Part shown: one piece after another, positions 25,005-37,052 of the stretch
Numbering within the stretch: the first letter of the stretch is position 1
How the letters are laid out: each line of letters starts with the position of its first letter
From: Mobula hypostoma
Taxonomy: Eukaryota
NCBI RefSeq assembly: GCF_963921235.1
Contig: NC_086097.1
Location: forward strand, 23,872,001 to 23,936,000
DNA: 64,000 bases
Direction: 5' to 3'
The notes under the pieces: model-generated
Seen by the model: the letters and a program-made list of their open reading frames with translations, nothing else
The model's database searches: none
What the model was told of the DNA's origin: nothing
Made by a program: the position numbers and the translations under genes

Positions 25005-26600
25005 CAGTGCCTATAAAAAGTATTCACCCCCCCCTTGAAAGTTTTCATGTTTTATTGTTTTACAACACTAAATCACAGTGGATTTAATTTGGCTTTTTTG
25101 ATACTGATCAAAAGAAAAAGACTCTTTTGTGTCAAAGTAAAAATAGATCTCTACAAAGTGATCTAAATTAATTACAAATATAAAACACAAAATAATCGAT
25201 TACATGAGTATTCACCCCCTTTAATATGACACACCAAATCATCACTGATGCAGCCATTTGGTTTTAGGAGTCACATAATTAGTTAAATGGAGATCTGTTT
25301 TTGGAGACTTGTCTGCAGTCAAGGTGTCTCGATTGACGTAAAAATACACCTGTTTCTGGAAGGTCCAATTGCTGGCGGGTCAGTATCCTGGCAAAAACTA
25401 CACCGTGAATACTAAAGAACACTCCAAGCAACTCCGTGAAAAGGTTATTGAAAAACACAAGTCAGGAGATGGATACATGAAAATTTCCAAGTCACTGAAT
25501 GTTCCTTGGAGTACAGTTAAGTCAATCATCAAGAAATGGAAAGAATATGGCACAGCTGTAAATCTGCCTAGAGCAGGTCACTCAAAAACTGAGTGACTGT
25601 GCAAGAAGGGGACTAATGAGGGAGCCCACCAAAACACCGATGATAATTCTGGAGGAATGACAAGCTTCAGTGACTCAGATGAGTGAGACTGCGCATACAA
25701 CAATTGTTGCCCGGGTGATTCACCAGTCGTAGCTTTACGGGAGAGTGGCAAAGAGAAAGCTACTGTTTAATAAACTCATATCAGATCTCGGCTAGAGTTT
25801 GCCAGAAGGCACGTGGAAAACTCTGAAGTCAACTGGAAGAAGGTTCTGATGAAACCAAAATTGAGCTTTTTGGCCATCAGACTAAACGCAATGTTTGTCA
25901 TTAGCCGAACACTGCACATCATCAAAAACACACCGTCTTTCCCATGAAGCATGGTGGTGGCTGAATCATGCTGTGGGGATGCTTCACTGCAGCAGGCCTT
26001 GGAAGACTTGTGAAGGTAGAGGGTAAGAGGAATGCAGCAAAATACAGGGAAATCCTGGGGGAAAACCTGATGCAGTCTGCATGAGAACTGCAACTTTGGA
26101 GAAGATTTGTTTTCTGGCAAAACAATAACCCCAAGCATAAAGCCAAAGCTACACAGGAATGGTTTAAAAACAACAAAGTTAATGTTGAGTGGCCAAGTCA
26201 GAGTCTAGACCTCATTCCAATTGAGAATTTGTGGCTGGACTTGAAAAGGGCTGTTCACTCATGATCTCCATGCAGTCTGACAGAGCTTGAGCAGTTTTAT
26301 AAAGAAAAATGGGGAAAAATTGCATGTCTGGATGTCCAAAGCTGATAGAGACTTATCCACACAGACTCAATTGCTGCTAAAAGTGCATCTACTAAATACT
26401 GCCTTGAAGGGGTGTGTAAATATGCAATCAATTATTTTGTATTTAATAATAGTAATAGATTTAGACCAATTTGTGGAAATTTGTTTTCACTTGAACACAA
26501 AACAGTTTTTTTTGTTGATCAGTGTCAAAAAAGCCAAATTAAGTCCAACAAAATATGAAGATTTCCAAGGGGGTGGGGTGAATACTTTTTATAGTCACTG
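25005..26600 (+). mobile_element. Full-length Tc1 (DD34E, IR/DR-type) DNA transposon, decayed
   Basis: TA TSD on both sides; TIR CAGTGCCTATAAAAAGTATTCACCCC / GGGGTGAATACTTTTTATAGTCACTG; inner direct repeat agtattcacccc at ~25207. Confidence 0.95.
25405..26400 (+). pseudogene. Tc1 transposase pseudogene
   Basis: TKEHSKQLREKVIEKHKSGDGY..ISKSLNVPWSTVKSIIKKWK, DETK, KHGGG*IMLWGCF, WQNNNPKH (second D lost), SLDLIPIEN; frameshifts and stops. Confidence 0.9.
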
Positions 26601-26851
26601 TATGTACTTTGATAATAAATTTTACTTACTTAGATCTACACTCTCATACAGCCTCTCAGAACTGAGGATAACTTGCATTCAGTCCAGTTCTTTGTGCTTT
26701 GTGGTGACTAATGAAGCCTGTGTAGAAGCAACCGATCCTTCCATCAGTGGGGCAGGAGGTGGTTGATTTGTGTGTGTGTGTTCATTCAGAAGAAGCTCAG
26801 CGCTTCATAATCTCAGCTAATTTGACCAAATACTCACTTCCTCTGCCACCA

Positions 26852-27535
26852 GGGGAGGGGAGGAGAAGATGGCGGCACGACGCAGTGCGCGCGACCGCTC
26901 TGAAATGATATCATATTTGTGAAGTAGGTACCATGCACAATCCTGATTTGATGGAGACAGACGTGAGAAGCACAGAAGAACATCTGGTGAAACTTCTGAA
27001 ATGCCTGCTTCGCTGCCGCCACTACTGTGTGATTGAGAATCTCTGGAGGGGAAGGCCCCAAATCCTTGGCTTTGCCTATTGCCTGTTGCCGGGGCCAGGG
27101 TCGAAGCGCTCGGCAGAGATGGTGCTCGGTGCTTGGTGTCGGAGGGCTGGTTGGAGGCTCGAAGTTTTCGGACGGACTCAAGAGTCGGCTGTGGTCGGGT
27201 GCTTCCAGGGTGCTGCATCAGCAAGTTTCCGGCGCTGGAAACTCATGGCAGGGAGAGTTTTTCTTCCTTCTACCGTCTGCGTGAGATTATGGGACTTTCG
27301 AGAAACTTTGAGACTTTTTTTTACCGTGCCCATGGTCTGTTCTTTATCCAATTACAGTATTGCTTTGCACTGTTGTAACTATATGTTATAATTATGTGGT
27401 TTTTGTCAGTTTTTCAGTCTTGGTTTGTCTTGTGGTTCTGTGATATCATTCTGGAGGAACATTGTATCATTTCTTAATGCATGCATTATTAAATGACAAT
27501 AAAAGAGGACTGCGTCTCCTCATAATTAATCTAAC
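26852..27535 (+). mobile_element. ~680-bp non-autonomous retroposon; second, 5'-truncated copy at 61370-61912 (-)
   Basis: CpG-rich head ggagaagatggcggc; ends aatgacaataaaagaggactgcgtctcctcataat; the two copies align closely. Confidence 0.85.
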
Positions 27536-29569
27536 CAGCGAACCATGGCTATAGCGTCAAAAAGTAAACATTGTACACTCATGATTAGGTATACAAGATT
27601 ATGATTGCTATAGATAAGGTAAATGCTAGCAGGTTTTTCCCACTGAAATTGAGTTGGGTTAGATTAGAACTAGATGTCATGGGTTAAGGGTGAAAGGTAA
27701 AATGTTTAAGGAGAAGCTAAGGGGGATCTTCTTCCCTCAGAGTGTGGAACGAACTGCCAGTGGAAGTGGTGGACATGGGTTTGACTGCAACATTTGAGAA
27801 AAGTTTGCACAAGTACATGGATGGGAGAAGTATGGAGAACTGTGATCCAGGTGCATGTCGATGGGACTAGACAGAATTATAGTTCAGAATGGGCTCAAGG
27901 GCCTGTTTCTGTGCTGTAGTGCTCTCTGACTGTATGTATGAATCTAAGATTTTCACTTTTAAAATGTCCACGGAATGGTGGGGAGGGAGGGCGTAAGATT
28001 GAAAATTGGGAGAGAGAGGACTGTATATGTGGGTGGGTTGGACAGAGGAACTGTGCTCATTTTGTGGTTGTATTGTCACTTGGTATGTTCTGTTTTTTGT
28101 GTTCTTTGTTGTTCTGCCAAGCATTGTGTACATGCTACGCTGGTGCCAGAATGTATGGTGACATTTGAGGACTGCCGGCAGCACATCCTGGGTGCGTTCA
28201 TTGTAAACGGAATTGACACATTTCACTGTATATTTTAATCTATGTGTGGTAAAATAAATCTGATTCTGAGGTTTGCATCTGTAATGACAGCTTGAGAATG
28301 TTCAAAATCAATCCACAACTTGCGAAATACAATGTGACTAATATTTGTTGCAATGCAGAACGACTAGCTTGATGGTTAACATGGAACTCATTTCTGAAAA
28401 CAGTCTTCCAAGAGTTCGGCCTCTCCAAATGCACGCCGCAGAGCAGTCTATTTCGAGGACTATAATCAGTAATACTGCCACTTTGAGCAGTATCCATTTA
28501 CAGCATATTACTACCTTGTTGCATCTTCCTGCAGAGGCATGGCATTTAACAGGGCAGTTTTATCATCTTTGACAGCAGCCAGGGCAGGTACTTCAAGCCA
28601 ACTAATCACGCTCGGGTTTGTTTGTAGCAACCATTAGTTTGCCCCAGAGAAGCAACAATGAAGGAAAAAGGTCCAGCAAGCGTAATTGTTCCCTTCTCAA
28701 ATTCATCCACCGATCGATGTTTACACTCTCACTACTTTTACGGAATAGTATTGGATGGGGTTTCCAGCATAGTTCCCTCATATTCCTGAATTGTCTTTAT
28801 CTTTTACTTTAATTCACTGACGGAAAAATTGCAAAGGTTTTGTATGTCATTGCCAGTTCTGCTGCAGCTTGCGAGGAGTTAAATAATTTGCAGTTTTAAA
28901 CAAAAACAGTGTGGAAAGCTTGTCAAAAATCCTTTGTAGCATTTCAGTCAGTGGGCAGACCAGGCTATATGTGGACTAAATGTAGAGTGCACTGGCATTT
29001 GAGTGGTGAAGTTATAGGAAAGACCAGATGGGAGGAATCTTCAAAATTAAAAAGGAAGGTGCTGATCTCAGCAGGAAAGGTAGTATTGTTGAATAGATAA
29101 TGTGACCCTTTATCCTAAAAATCTTGCCCCGGCTTCTCTGCCCAGTTTCACACTGTCCCACCACAGTTCCTTGCCCTCCCACCCACCCCCCCCACCCCCC
29201 TGTATCCCATCTAGATAATCTCTTAGCTTCAGGTTATAGTAGCCAGTTTTACCATCATGCATTTCAGGAGTCAGAGTCATACAAAATGGAGATAGGCCCT
29301 TTAGCCCAACAGGTCCATGACAACCAATATTCCCACTTAAGTTTATCCCATTTGTCCATGTTCGACCGATATCGCTCTAAACCTTCCCTGGCCATGTGTT
29401 AATGTACCTACCTCAACCATTTCCTATGGCAACTCATTTCCTATGTGGACCACTCTCTGTGCGGGGAAAAAAAATGGTCCCGCAGGTTCCTATTAAATCT
29501 AAAGAGATCGTTGTACTGAATGCTGGATGTCTGTTGCATTAATTGGTATCTCGAGATCCAAATTGGTAT

Positions 29570-30110
29570 TGAGAGCAATTTTGGGCTCCTTTTCTAAGAA
29601 AGGATGTGCTTACTTTGGAGAGGGTCCAAAGGAGGTTCATGAGAATGATCCCAGGAATGAGAGGGTTAACATATGAGGAGCAATTGATGGTTCATAGCTT
29701 GTACTTGCTGGAGTTTAGATGAATGAAGAGGACTTTCAATGAAATCTGTCAAATATTGAAAGGCCTGGATAGAGTGGATGCACAGAGAATGTTTCCCATA
29801 GTGGGAAAATCTAGGACTGAGGGGGCTCAGCCCCAGAATAGAAGGACCATCCCTTTAGAACTGAGATCTGGAGGAATTTCTTTAGCCAGAGGGTGGTGAA
29901 TCTGTTGAATTTATTGCCACAGATGGCTGTGGGAATCAAATCATTGGATGTACTGAAAGAGGAAGTTGATAGTTTCTTGATTAGTAAGGGTGTCAAAAGT
30001 TACAAACAGAAGTTAGGAGAATGAGAGGGAAATGCGTCAGCCATAATGAAATGATGGAGCAGACATGATGGGTTGAATAGCCTAATTCTGCTTCTATGTC
30101 ATTTGGTCTA
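29570..30110 (+). mobile_element. CR1 LINE 3' fragment
   Basis: QFWAPFLRKDVLTLERVQRRFMRMIPGM...RNFFSQRVVNLLNLLP plus 3' UTR. Confidence 0.88.
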
Positions 30111-30748
30111 ATGGATGGAAGACATTTAATTTATGCTTAACAAGTTTCCAAAAGGTAGTTGTTGAGTTTATGGATGAAGCCAATGATTTAGACATCATTC
30201 CATTGTATAATTCAACTTACATTAGTCACTGAAAATATTTATGTACCATATGAGCCTACGTTCCTCAATTTCCTCTAATTCAAAGATGGTTCTTTTTCAT
30301 TAGCTTCACCTTGAAGACATCTGGTACTTTCATCAAGTACGTGTTTAGTGGAAATTACCTCATTCTAACTCTTCTGTAGATGAAGAGGATTCTTCTGTGT
30401 TTCCTCTTGTTTAAAAAGCAGCTGTACCGTAGTTTGTTCATTTTGGATGTTCTACTAGTCAGAACATCCTCTCTCTGTTTTTCCCACCAAGCACTTTCTT
30501 CATTTTTATCTCCAGCTGAAGGAATGTGTGGAGATTAAAATGTGTGAGGGTGGGGTCTGAATAAAAGCAAGAATGGGTGTTTTATGGTAAAGCATGATTT
30601 TACAATGAATACAGAACAGTCCAGTACTGGAACAGGCCCTTTGATTGACAATATCCGTGCCAAACACAATTCCAAATTAAATTAAATCTCTTCTGTCTGC
30701 ACGTGCTCTATATTCCTCTATTCCCTGCATATTCATGTCCATCCAAAG

Positions 30749-30828
30749 CAGGGGTTCCCATCCTGGAATCCATAGACCGCTTGGTTAATGGTAGGGGTTT
30801 ATGGCATGAAAAAGGTTGGGAACCCCTG
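30749..30828. mobile_element. 80-bp hAT-type MITE
   Basis: TIRs CAGGGGTTCCCA / TGGGAACCCCTG; 8-bp TSD atccaaag (30741-30748) / atctaaag (30829-30836). Confidence 0.88.
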
Positions 30829-30922
30829 ATCTAAAGGCCTCTTATATGCCACTATTGTTGCTGCTTCCATTAGCCTGTTGCAGGGACCCACCACTATCTG
30901 TGACAAATAAATAAATAAATTG

Positions 30923-30981
30923 TCTGTCTGTATCTTGTTTTACGGCGGTTGGCATCCAGCTTAATGGTGCATTACCGCCAC
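30923..30981 (-). mobile_element. 59-bp extreme 3' remnant of a LINE (possibly Nimb/I group)
   Basis: 13-bp TSD aataaataaattg at 30910-30922 and 30982-30994; minus strand gtggcggtaatgcacc...accgcc hairpin plus (caga)n tail. Confidence 0.65.
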
Positions 30982-31664
30982 AATAAATAAATTGGCCTGC
31001 ACATCTTCCTTAAACTTTCCCCCTCTCACCTTAAGTGCATGACCTCTACCATGTGCAATTTCTACCCTGGGAAAAGGATTCTGACTGTCTACCATATTTA
31101 TGATTCTCATAATCTTATAAACTTCCACTGGGTTTCCCCTCAGCTTCCGGTGCTCAAGAGAGAACAACCCTAGTTTATCCAGATTGTCTTTATAACTCAT
31201 AACCTCTAATCCAATCAGCATCATGATAAATCTCTGCTGTATTTTTTTCAAAAGACTCCACATCCTTTCTTGAAAGGGATGACCATAATTGTAAAGAATA
31301 CTCTGGGTGTGGTCTAATGAAAATTTTATATATGCTGTGACATGTCTTCCTTGTACTCAATGTCCTGAACAATGAAGACAAGCCTGCCTATATGTAATTT
31401 ACTCTCCAATCTACTTGTGAGGCTACTTTCATGGAGCTAAAGCATCAGACTCCTGTGTGTGTCAATGTTGTTAAGGGGTCTGCCATTCATTGTTAACTTT
31501 CTTTCTGCCTCCTTACATGTGCTCAGACCGAACTCCTCAGCCCATATCTGTAACTGATCTGAATCCTGCCATATCCTTCAACAAAGCTCTTTACCATCAA
31601 TAGCCCCACTGTGTCTTCCACAGACTACTGACCGACTGATCTACGTTGTCACCAGTCAGTTGCA

Positions 31665-32120
31665 TACACTCAGTGGCTCACTTGATCATATACCTCATGT
31701 ACCTAATAAAGTGGTCACTGAGTGTACGTTCATGGTCTTTTGATTCTGTAGCCCAACCACTTCAAAGTTCGACATGTAGTACATTCAGAGATGCTCCCCT
31801 ACACACCACTGCTGTAACATATGGTTATTTGAGTTACCGCTGCCTTCCTGTCAGCTTGAATCAGTCTGACCTTTCTCATTAACAAGGCATTTTCACTGAC
31901 AGAACTGCCACTTCCTGGATGTTTTGTTTGTCTTTCATACCATCCTTTGTAAACTCTGTGGTGCATCAAAATCCCAAGAGATCAATGGTTTCTGAGATAC
32001 TCAAACCAGCCTGTCTGCCACCAACAATCATTCTGCAGCCAAAGTCACTTTGGTCATTTTTCTTCTCCACCCTGATATTTGGTCTGAACAACTAAACCTT
32101 TTGACTATGTCTGCATGCTT
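31665..32120 (-). mobile_element. Non-autonomous Tc1/mariner element with an end-to-end TIR pair
   Basis: TAcactcagtgg...tcactgagtgTA at 31665-31726, then minus-strand HTH remnant homologous to 56.9 kb. Confidence 0.8.
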
Positions 32121-32784
32121 TTCCAGAAGCTCTACGAAGTCATTTGCAAGATAGAAACCAGAAATGTTCATGGTCTTCTAAACTTAGATCTCAAAATGGA
32201 TGAGTTATGGTGCAGAGCAACCTTAGAGGAAATAACGGTTGGGGTTTCAGGATGGTCAGCTGGGCAAGGTCATGAAGGAGTTAAATGCTACTGGTGGCAT
32301 TTAGGTTAATGAATTGGAAATAAGCCCAGCGTATTTGTTAAAGTTCTTGCAATAATGAGGATCGCTGCATTTGAAGTCAGCAACCTAATTCTTAGATAAT
32401 TATTCTTCTAGTTAATTAAAAAGAGTTGCCAGCTGTGGTGAATAATTGAAAGAAAACTTTGAGCTTTGGAAAAGTTAAATAAAATTCAAAAATGCTGGGA
32501 AATAAGTAAAGGGTCAGTCAGCATCTGAGAAGAATGAGGCAGCTAAATGATTACCATCCAGTCAGAACCCCAAGCAAAGCCCTGATCATCGTGTTGTAGG
32601 AATTTATTCACCATAACTCAGCATATACACTTGCATGCAACTTCCAGAATTTTGGTTTGTTTGAAGACAGTGGCATTAAATTTTGGAAGCAGAGTGTCAT
32701 GTGCATACATTTAACACATAACCAAACCTTTACCCCAATAACATTCTTTCAGTGACTATTTGCTACTCTACTTTGGCACTGACA

Positions 32785-33220
32785 TTAGTTTATTATTGTC
32801 ATATTGTACAGAGATTCACTGGAGAGCTTGTCTTGCATGCTGTTCATACAGATCAGATCATTACACAGTGCATTGCCATAGAACAAGGTAAAACAGAAAA
32901 CGCAGAATGAAGTGTAACAGCTGTAAAGAAAGAGCAATGCTGTTAAACATTCAGGTGTAAGATCATCATTAGGTAGATTGTGAGATCGAGTGTCCATCAT
33001 ATCATACTGGGATGATACCATTCAATAATCTTATTACAGTGGGATAGAAACACTCCTAGAGGCTGGTGTTACAAACTTACAAGCTTTTTGTATCATCTGC
33101 CCAATGGGAGAGGGGGAGAAGAGAGAACGTCCACAGAGGGGGGAAGTCTTTGGTTATGTTGGCTGCTTTACTGAGGCAGCGAGAGTCCAGCTTCCATGAT
33201 GTGCTGAGTTATGTGCACAA
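32785..33220 (-). mobile_element. Rex1/Babar 3' fragment
   Basis: Same 3' UTR and ORF end as 8400-9220 and 20310-20820. Confidence 0.75.
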
Positions 33221-33539
33221 CTCATTAGTTATCATTTAGTTATCATTACAATTTTTTTTTGGTCACTTGCTTTTTTTCTTAAAGTAGTCTGTATTTCTCA
33301 CTGCCTGCAAGTTTGCTGGAAGCAATGATTTCAGAACGAATTTGGATAGGCAGTTGACTGTGGTACCTTTGTATAGCTATGGAGATGGTACAGGAAAATG
33401 CATCTAATTAGACCATTCTACAGACCCAAAATGGTTTTGATGGGCCAAATGGTCTTCTTTTGTACTGTAAAGGTTCTATGACATTATTAAAAACATTTGT
33501 AAGTGATTAAAAATCTTTCTTTTCTATAACAATTTCTAC

Positions 33540-33790
33540 AACCACAAAATGTTCCGCGCCATGAGGTATTTTTGAAATATTTAAAGCAGGAAATGAGGGA
33601 AGAAAGTTCCACACAGCAAGATCCCATTAACAGCATGATAATAAGCAGAAATTTAAAAAATTATATCCTTTGAGGAATAGATTTAGGCAAAACACTGAGA
33701 ATAACTCTTCTAATCTTCTTCAAGGTAATACCCAGGGACCATTAATCTGACCAGAGTGGAGATAGGCTTCGTTTAATGACTCATTTACAT
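33540..33790 (-). mobile_element. Old DeuSINE-like (SacSINE1/AmnSINE-type) fragment, split by Rex1 (33790-34200)
   Basis: cacacagcaagatccca..aacagca, tgaggaatagatttaggcaaaacac and ggcttcgtttaatgactcat resemble the Deu domain; related pieces at ~54600-54710 and 62560-62670. Confidence 0.55.
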
Positions 33791-35194
33791 TCAGAATTAG
33801 AGTTGGAGTCAGAATCAGAGCCAGATTAATAATAACTGAGAATGTCATAAAATTTATTGTTTTGTGACAGCAGTACATTGCAAGGCATAAAAAAATGACC
33901 ACAAGTTACAATATTAAATAAACAAACCAATCAATCGATCAATAAGTAGTGCAAAAGAGGATTAATGAGTTTGTGTTCATGTGTTCATGGCCCATTCAGA
34001 AATCTGACGACAGAAGGGAAGGAGCTGTTCTAAATTTTTAATTCAGTCTCCCGTACCTCCTCTCTGATGGTTGTAATGAGACGAGCGCATGCCTTGGACG
34101 GTGAGAGTCCTTAATGATAGATGCCACCTTCTTGAGGCATTGCCATTTGAAGATGCCCTTGATGGAGGAGAGGCTTGTGCCTGTGATGGAGTCATAGAGC
34201 ACTACAACACAGAAACCGGCTGGAGTAGCTGGCTGAGAATACAGCCCTCTTCTGCCTTTTTCGATCCTGTGCATTGGAGCCTCACAGTGCTGAGCTCCCC
34301 CAGCCCTGATCTTCAGCCTGGCTTTTATGTGCTGAAATATCCTGGGAGCCACAACTGATACTAAAAATACATTGTTTAGAACAAGAGCTGCTGGGAAAAA
34401 AAACAAGGAAGATAATGGTAATGATGGCTTGTGCAGAAAGAAAAGATGTTTTTTTTTCATTTGAAAGCTGCCCTGTAATGTGAGATGGGGATTAACGATT
34501 TAAATCCATTAATAACTGTATGCTCAGATGGCATCAATTCATTGCGAGAGAAATTGCCCACCTTAGTTAAACCGTTTTCCTTCCCCTCTCGAAGCTATAA
34601 AGTTAAATATTTAATATTATTGCCATTCTTAACACTACTTTTAAACAGTACATTTCAGAGAAACCCCAGTGGAAACTAGATAGGGAAATGATGTATGAAA
34701 TGTGAAGAAGTGTGTTTATACCTCTCTCAGTAATGTCATGTCAGATTATCTGCTTGCCGACCATGATTTACAAACCATCGTGAAGATATTGGGAAGTCAG
34801 AGGAAAGCAGCTGAGATTACAGAGGTTCAATTATTGGCAGTATTGATCAGAATCAGTTCTATTATCACTGACATATAAAGGTAAAGCTAAAGATTACATC
34901 TATGTCACATCTATATCAAAACTTCAAAGCAGACAGTGAAATGTGTCTCGTGCATCAAATCAAACAAGCGAGTATTGTGCTGGGTAGCCCACAAATGTTG
35001 CCACAAGTCCAGCGCCAACGTAGCATGCTCACAATGTGCCAACCCTAACCCACATGCCTTTGGAATGTGGGAGGAAACTGGAGCAACCAGAGGAAACCCA
35101 TGTGCTAATGTGGAGAACACACACACTCCATACAGACAATAATGGACTTGAAGCTGGGATAGAAGCTGTCATTGAGCCTGGTTCTATGAGCTTT

Positions 35195-35355
35195 CGGGCT
35201 TTTTTGTCTTCTTTCCATTCCCCCACCTTCTTATTCTGGCTTCTTCCCTCTTCCTTCCCAGTCATGCTGAAGGATCTCGGCCTGAAACGTCAACTGTTTA
35301 TTTCTCTACATCGATGTTGCCTGACCTGCTGAAATCCTCAAGCACTTTGTGTGAC
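35195..35355 (+). mobile_element. Penelope-like pLTR repeat with degenerate hammerhead
   Basis: cagtc-atgctga-aggatctcggcct-gaaa-cgtc-aactg at 35259-35296. Confidence 0.75.
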
Positions 35356-35920
35356 CTGCCCAATCCTTTATATCTTTTGCAGGATGGGGTGGAGAAGAGC
35401 AGAGCTTATTTGGAGCAGGTGGGGTCAAAACAGTACGTACTGGATACACCTTCGACTAGAAATGCGAGCTCTGTTTTTCTCTCTCCACAGACACTGCCTG
35501 GTTTCCTGTGTGTTTCCAACTTTATCTGCTTTTATTTCCAATTTTTGACCTTTGTTTAATCAGTGTCTTCTTGCAGTTAGTGCAGTCTTACTGAACATAT
35601 ATTATCTGCCAACAAACAATCCGCTGGAGGAACTCAACAGGTCGAGCAGCATCTGTAGTGGTGAAAAGGGATTGTCACTGCTTCGGGATGAAACCCTGAA
35701 TAGGCACCTTCTGCACTCATTGGTGCAGAATTATCTGCCATGTTTCAGATGTTACAACAATGACTCCAGGTAAAAAAAATACTTTCACTGTGGATCACTT
35801 TGGAAGACCTAGAAAAGTGGAGGAAGGTGCTACAGAAATAAAAGTTCACTTCATTAGAAGTATTCTATAAATCAGCATGGTAATAGATTAGAAAGGCCTG
35901 TGCATCATTGATCCCCTTGG

Positions 35921-36135
35921 ACCATAAGACTTGGGAGCAGAATTTGGCCACGGCACATCAGGTCTGCTCTGCCATTTCATCATGGCTGATTTATTATCCC
36001 TCTCAACCTAATTTTTCTGCCATCTCCTCAAAACCTTTCCCTCCCTTACTAATCAAGAACCTAGCACCCTCCGCTTTAAATATAGTCAGTGACTTGGCCT
36101 CCACGGTTGGCTGTGGCAATGAATTCCACCGATTC
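35921..36135 (-). mobile_element. CR1 LINE 3' end
   Basis: Reverse complement gives VEFIATANRGGQV/FKAEG..FLISKG-like CR1 end and a 3' UTR like 5025-5140 and 49270-49450. Confidence 0.8.
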
Positions 36136-36323
36136 TCGCGGGCAGGTTTGTTAGAGCTGTTGGGGACGGTTTAAACTAACGTGGCAGGGAGGTGGGAACC
36201 GGAGTCAAGGGACTCAGGAAAGGATGGGTGGTAAAAAGGTAAAGATAGCATGTAGTCAGATTGTCAGGAAAGGCAGGCAGGTGATGGGACTTAGTGGCAG
36301 CCAACAGGCTGAGTAGCAAATCA

Positions 36324-37052
36324 TTATACTTTATACTTTATACCTTATTGTCACCAAACAATTGGTACTAGAACGTACAATCATCACAGCGATATTTGAT
36401 TCTGCACTTCCCACTCCCTGGATTACAAATACTGTACTAAATATTACAAATAGTAAAAATTAGTAAATATTAAAAATTTAAATTATAAATCATAAATAGA
36501 AAATAGAAAAATGGAAAGTAAGGTAGTTCAAAAAAACCGAGAGGCAGGTCCAAATATTTGGCTGGTATGGCCCAGATCCAGGTCAGGATCTGTTCAGTAG
36601 TCTTATCACAGTTGGAAAGAAGCTGTTCCCAAATCTGGCCGTACAAGTCTTCAAGCTCATGAGCCTTCTCCCGGAGGGAAGAGGGACAAAAAGTTTGTTG
36701 GCTGGGTGGGTCGTGTCCTTGATTATCCTGGCAGCACTGCTCCGACAGCGTGCGGTGTAAAGTGAATCCACGGACGGAAGATTGGTTTGTGTGATGTGCT
36801 GCACCATGTTCACGATCTTCTGCAGCTTCTTTCAGTCTTGGACAGGACAACTTCCATACCAGGTTGTGATGCACCCTAGAAGAATGCTTTCTACGGTGCA
36901 TCTATAAAAATTAGTGAGGGTTTTAGGGGACAGGCCAAATTTCTTTAGTTTTCTCAGGAAGTAAAGGCGATGTTGGGCCTTCTTGGCAGTGAACTCTGCT
37001 TGGTTGGACGAAGTCAGGTCATTTGTGATATTGACCCCGAGGAACTTAAAGC
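36324..37052 (-). mobile_element. Rex1/Babar 3' fragment inserted into the CR1 inter-ORF region
   Basis: SFKFLGVNITNDLT...AKKAQHRLYFLRKLKKF...TARFGNSFFPTVIRLLN; (ttatact)n tail at 36324; CR1 resumes at ~37053. Confidence 0.92.

Larger units (their letters stand above)
30610..31560 (-). mobile_element. CR1 LINE 3' fragment containing two small insertions
   Basis: YKIFIRPHPEYSLQLWS...KLGLFSLEHRKLRGNPVEVYKIM...GRGHALKVRGGKFK. Confidence 0.85.

Noticed and set aside
26817..27391. Cluster of overlapping ORFs or a CpG-island promoter
   Set aside because: GC-rich interior of a repeat with a second copy at 61.4-61.9 kb; no recognisable protein
35921..36180. Inverted CR1 piece at the 5' end of host A as a twin-priming inversion
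   Set aside because: The inverted piece is a 3' end with its own UTR, not the adjacent upstream sequence; an independent copy is more likely
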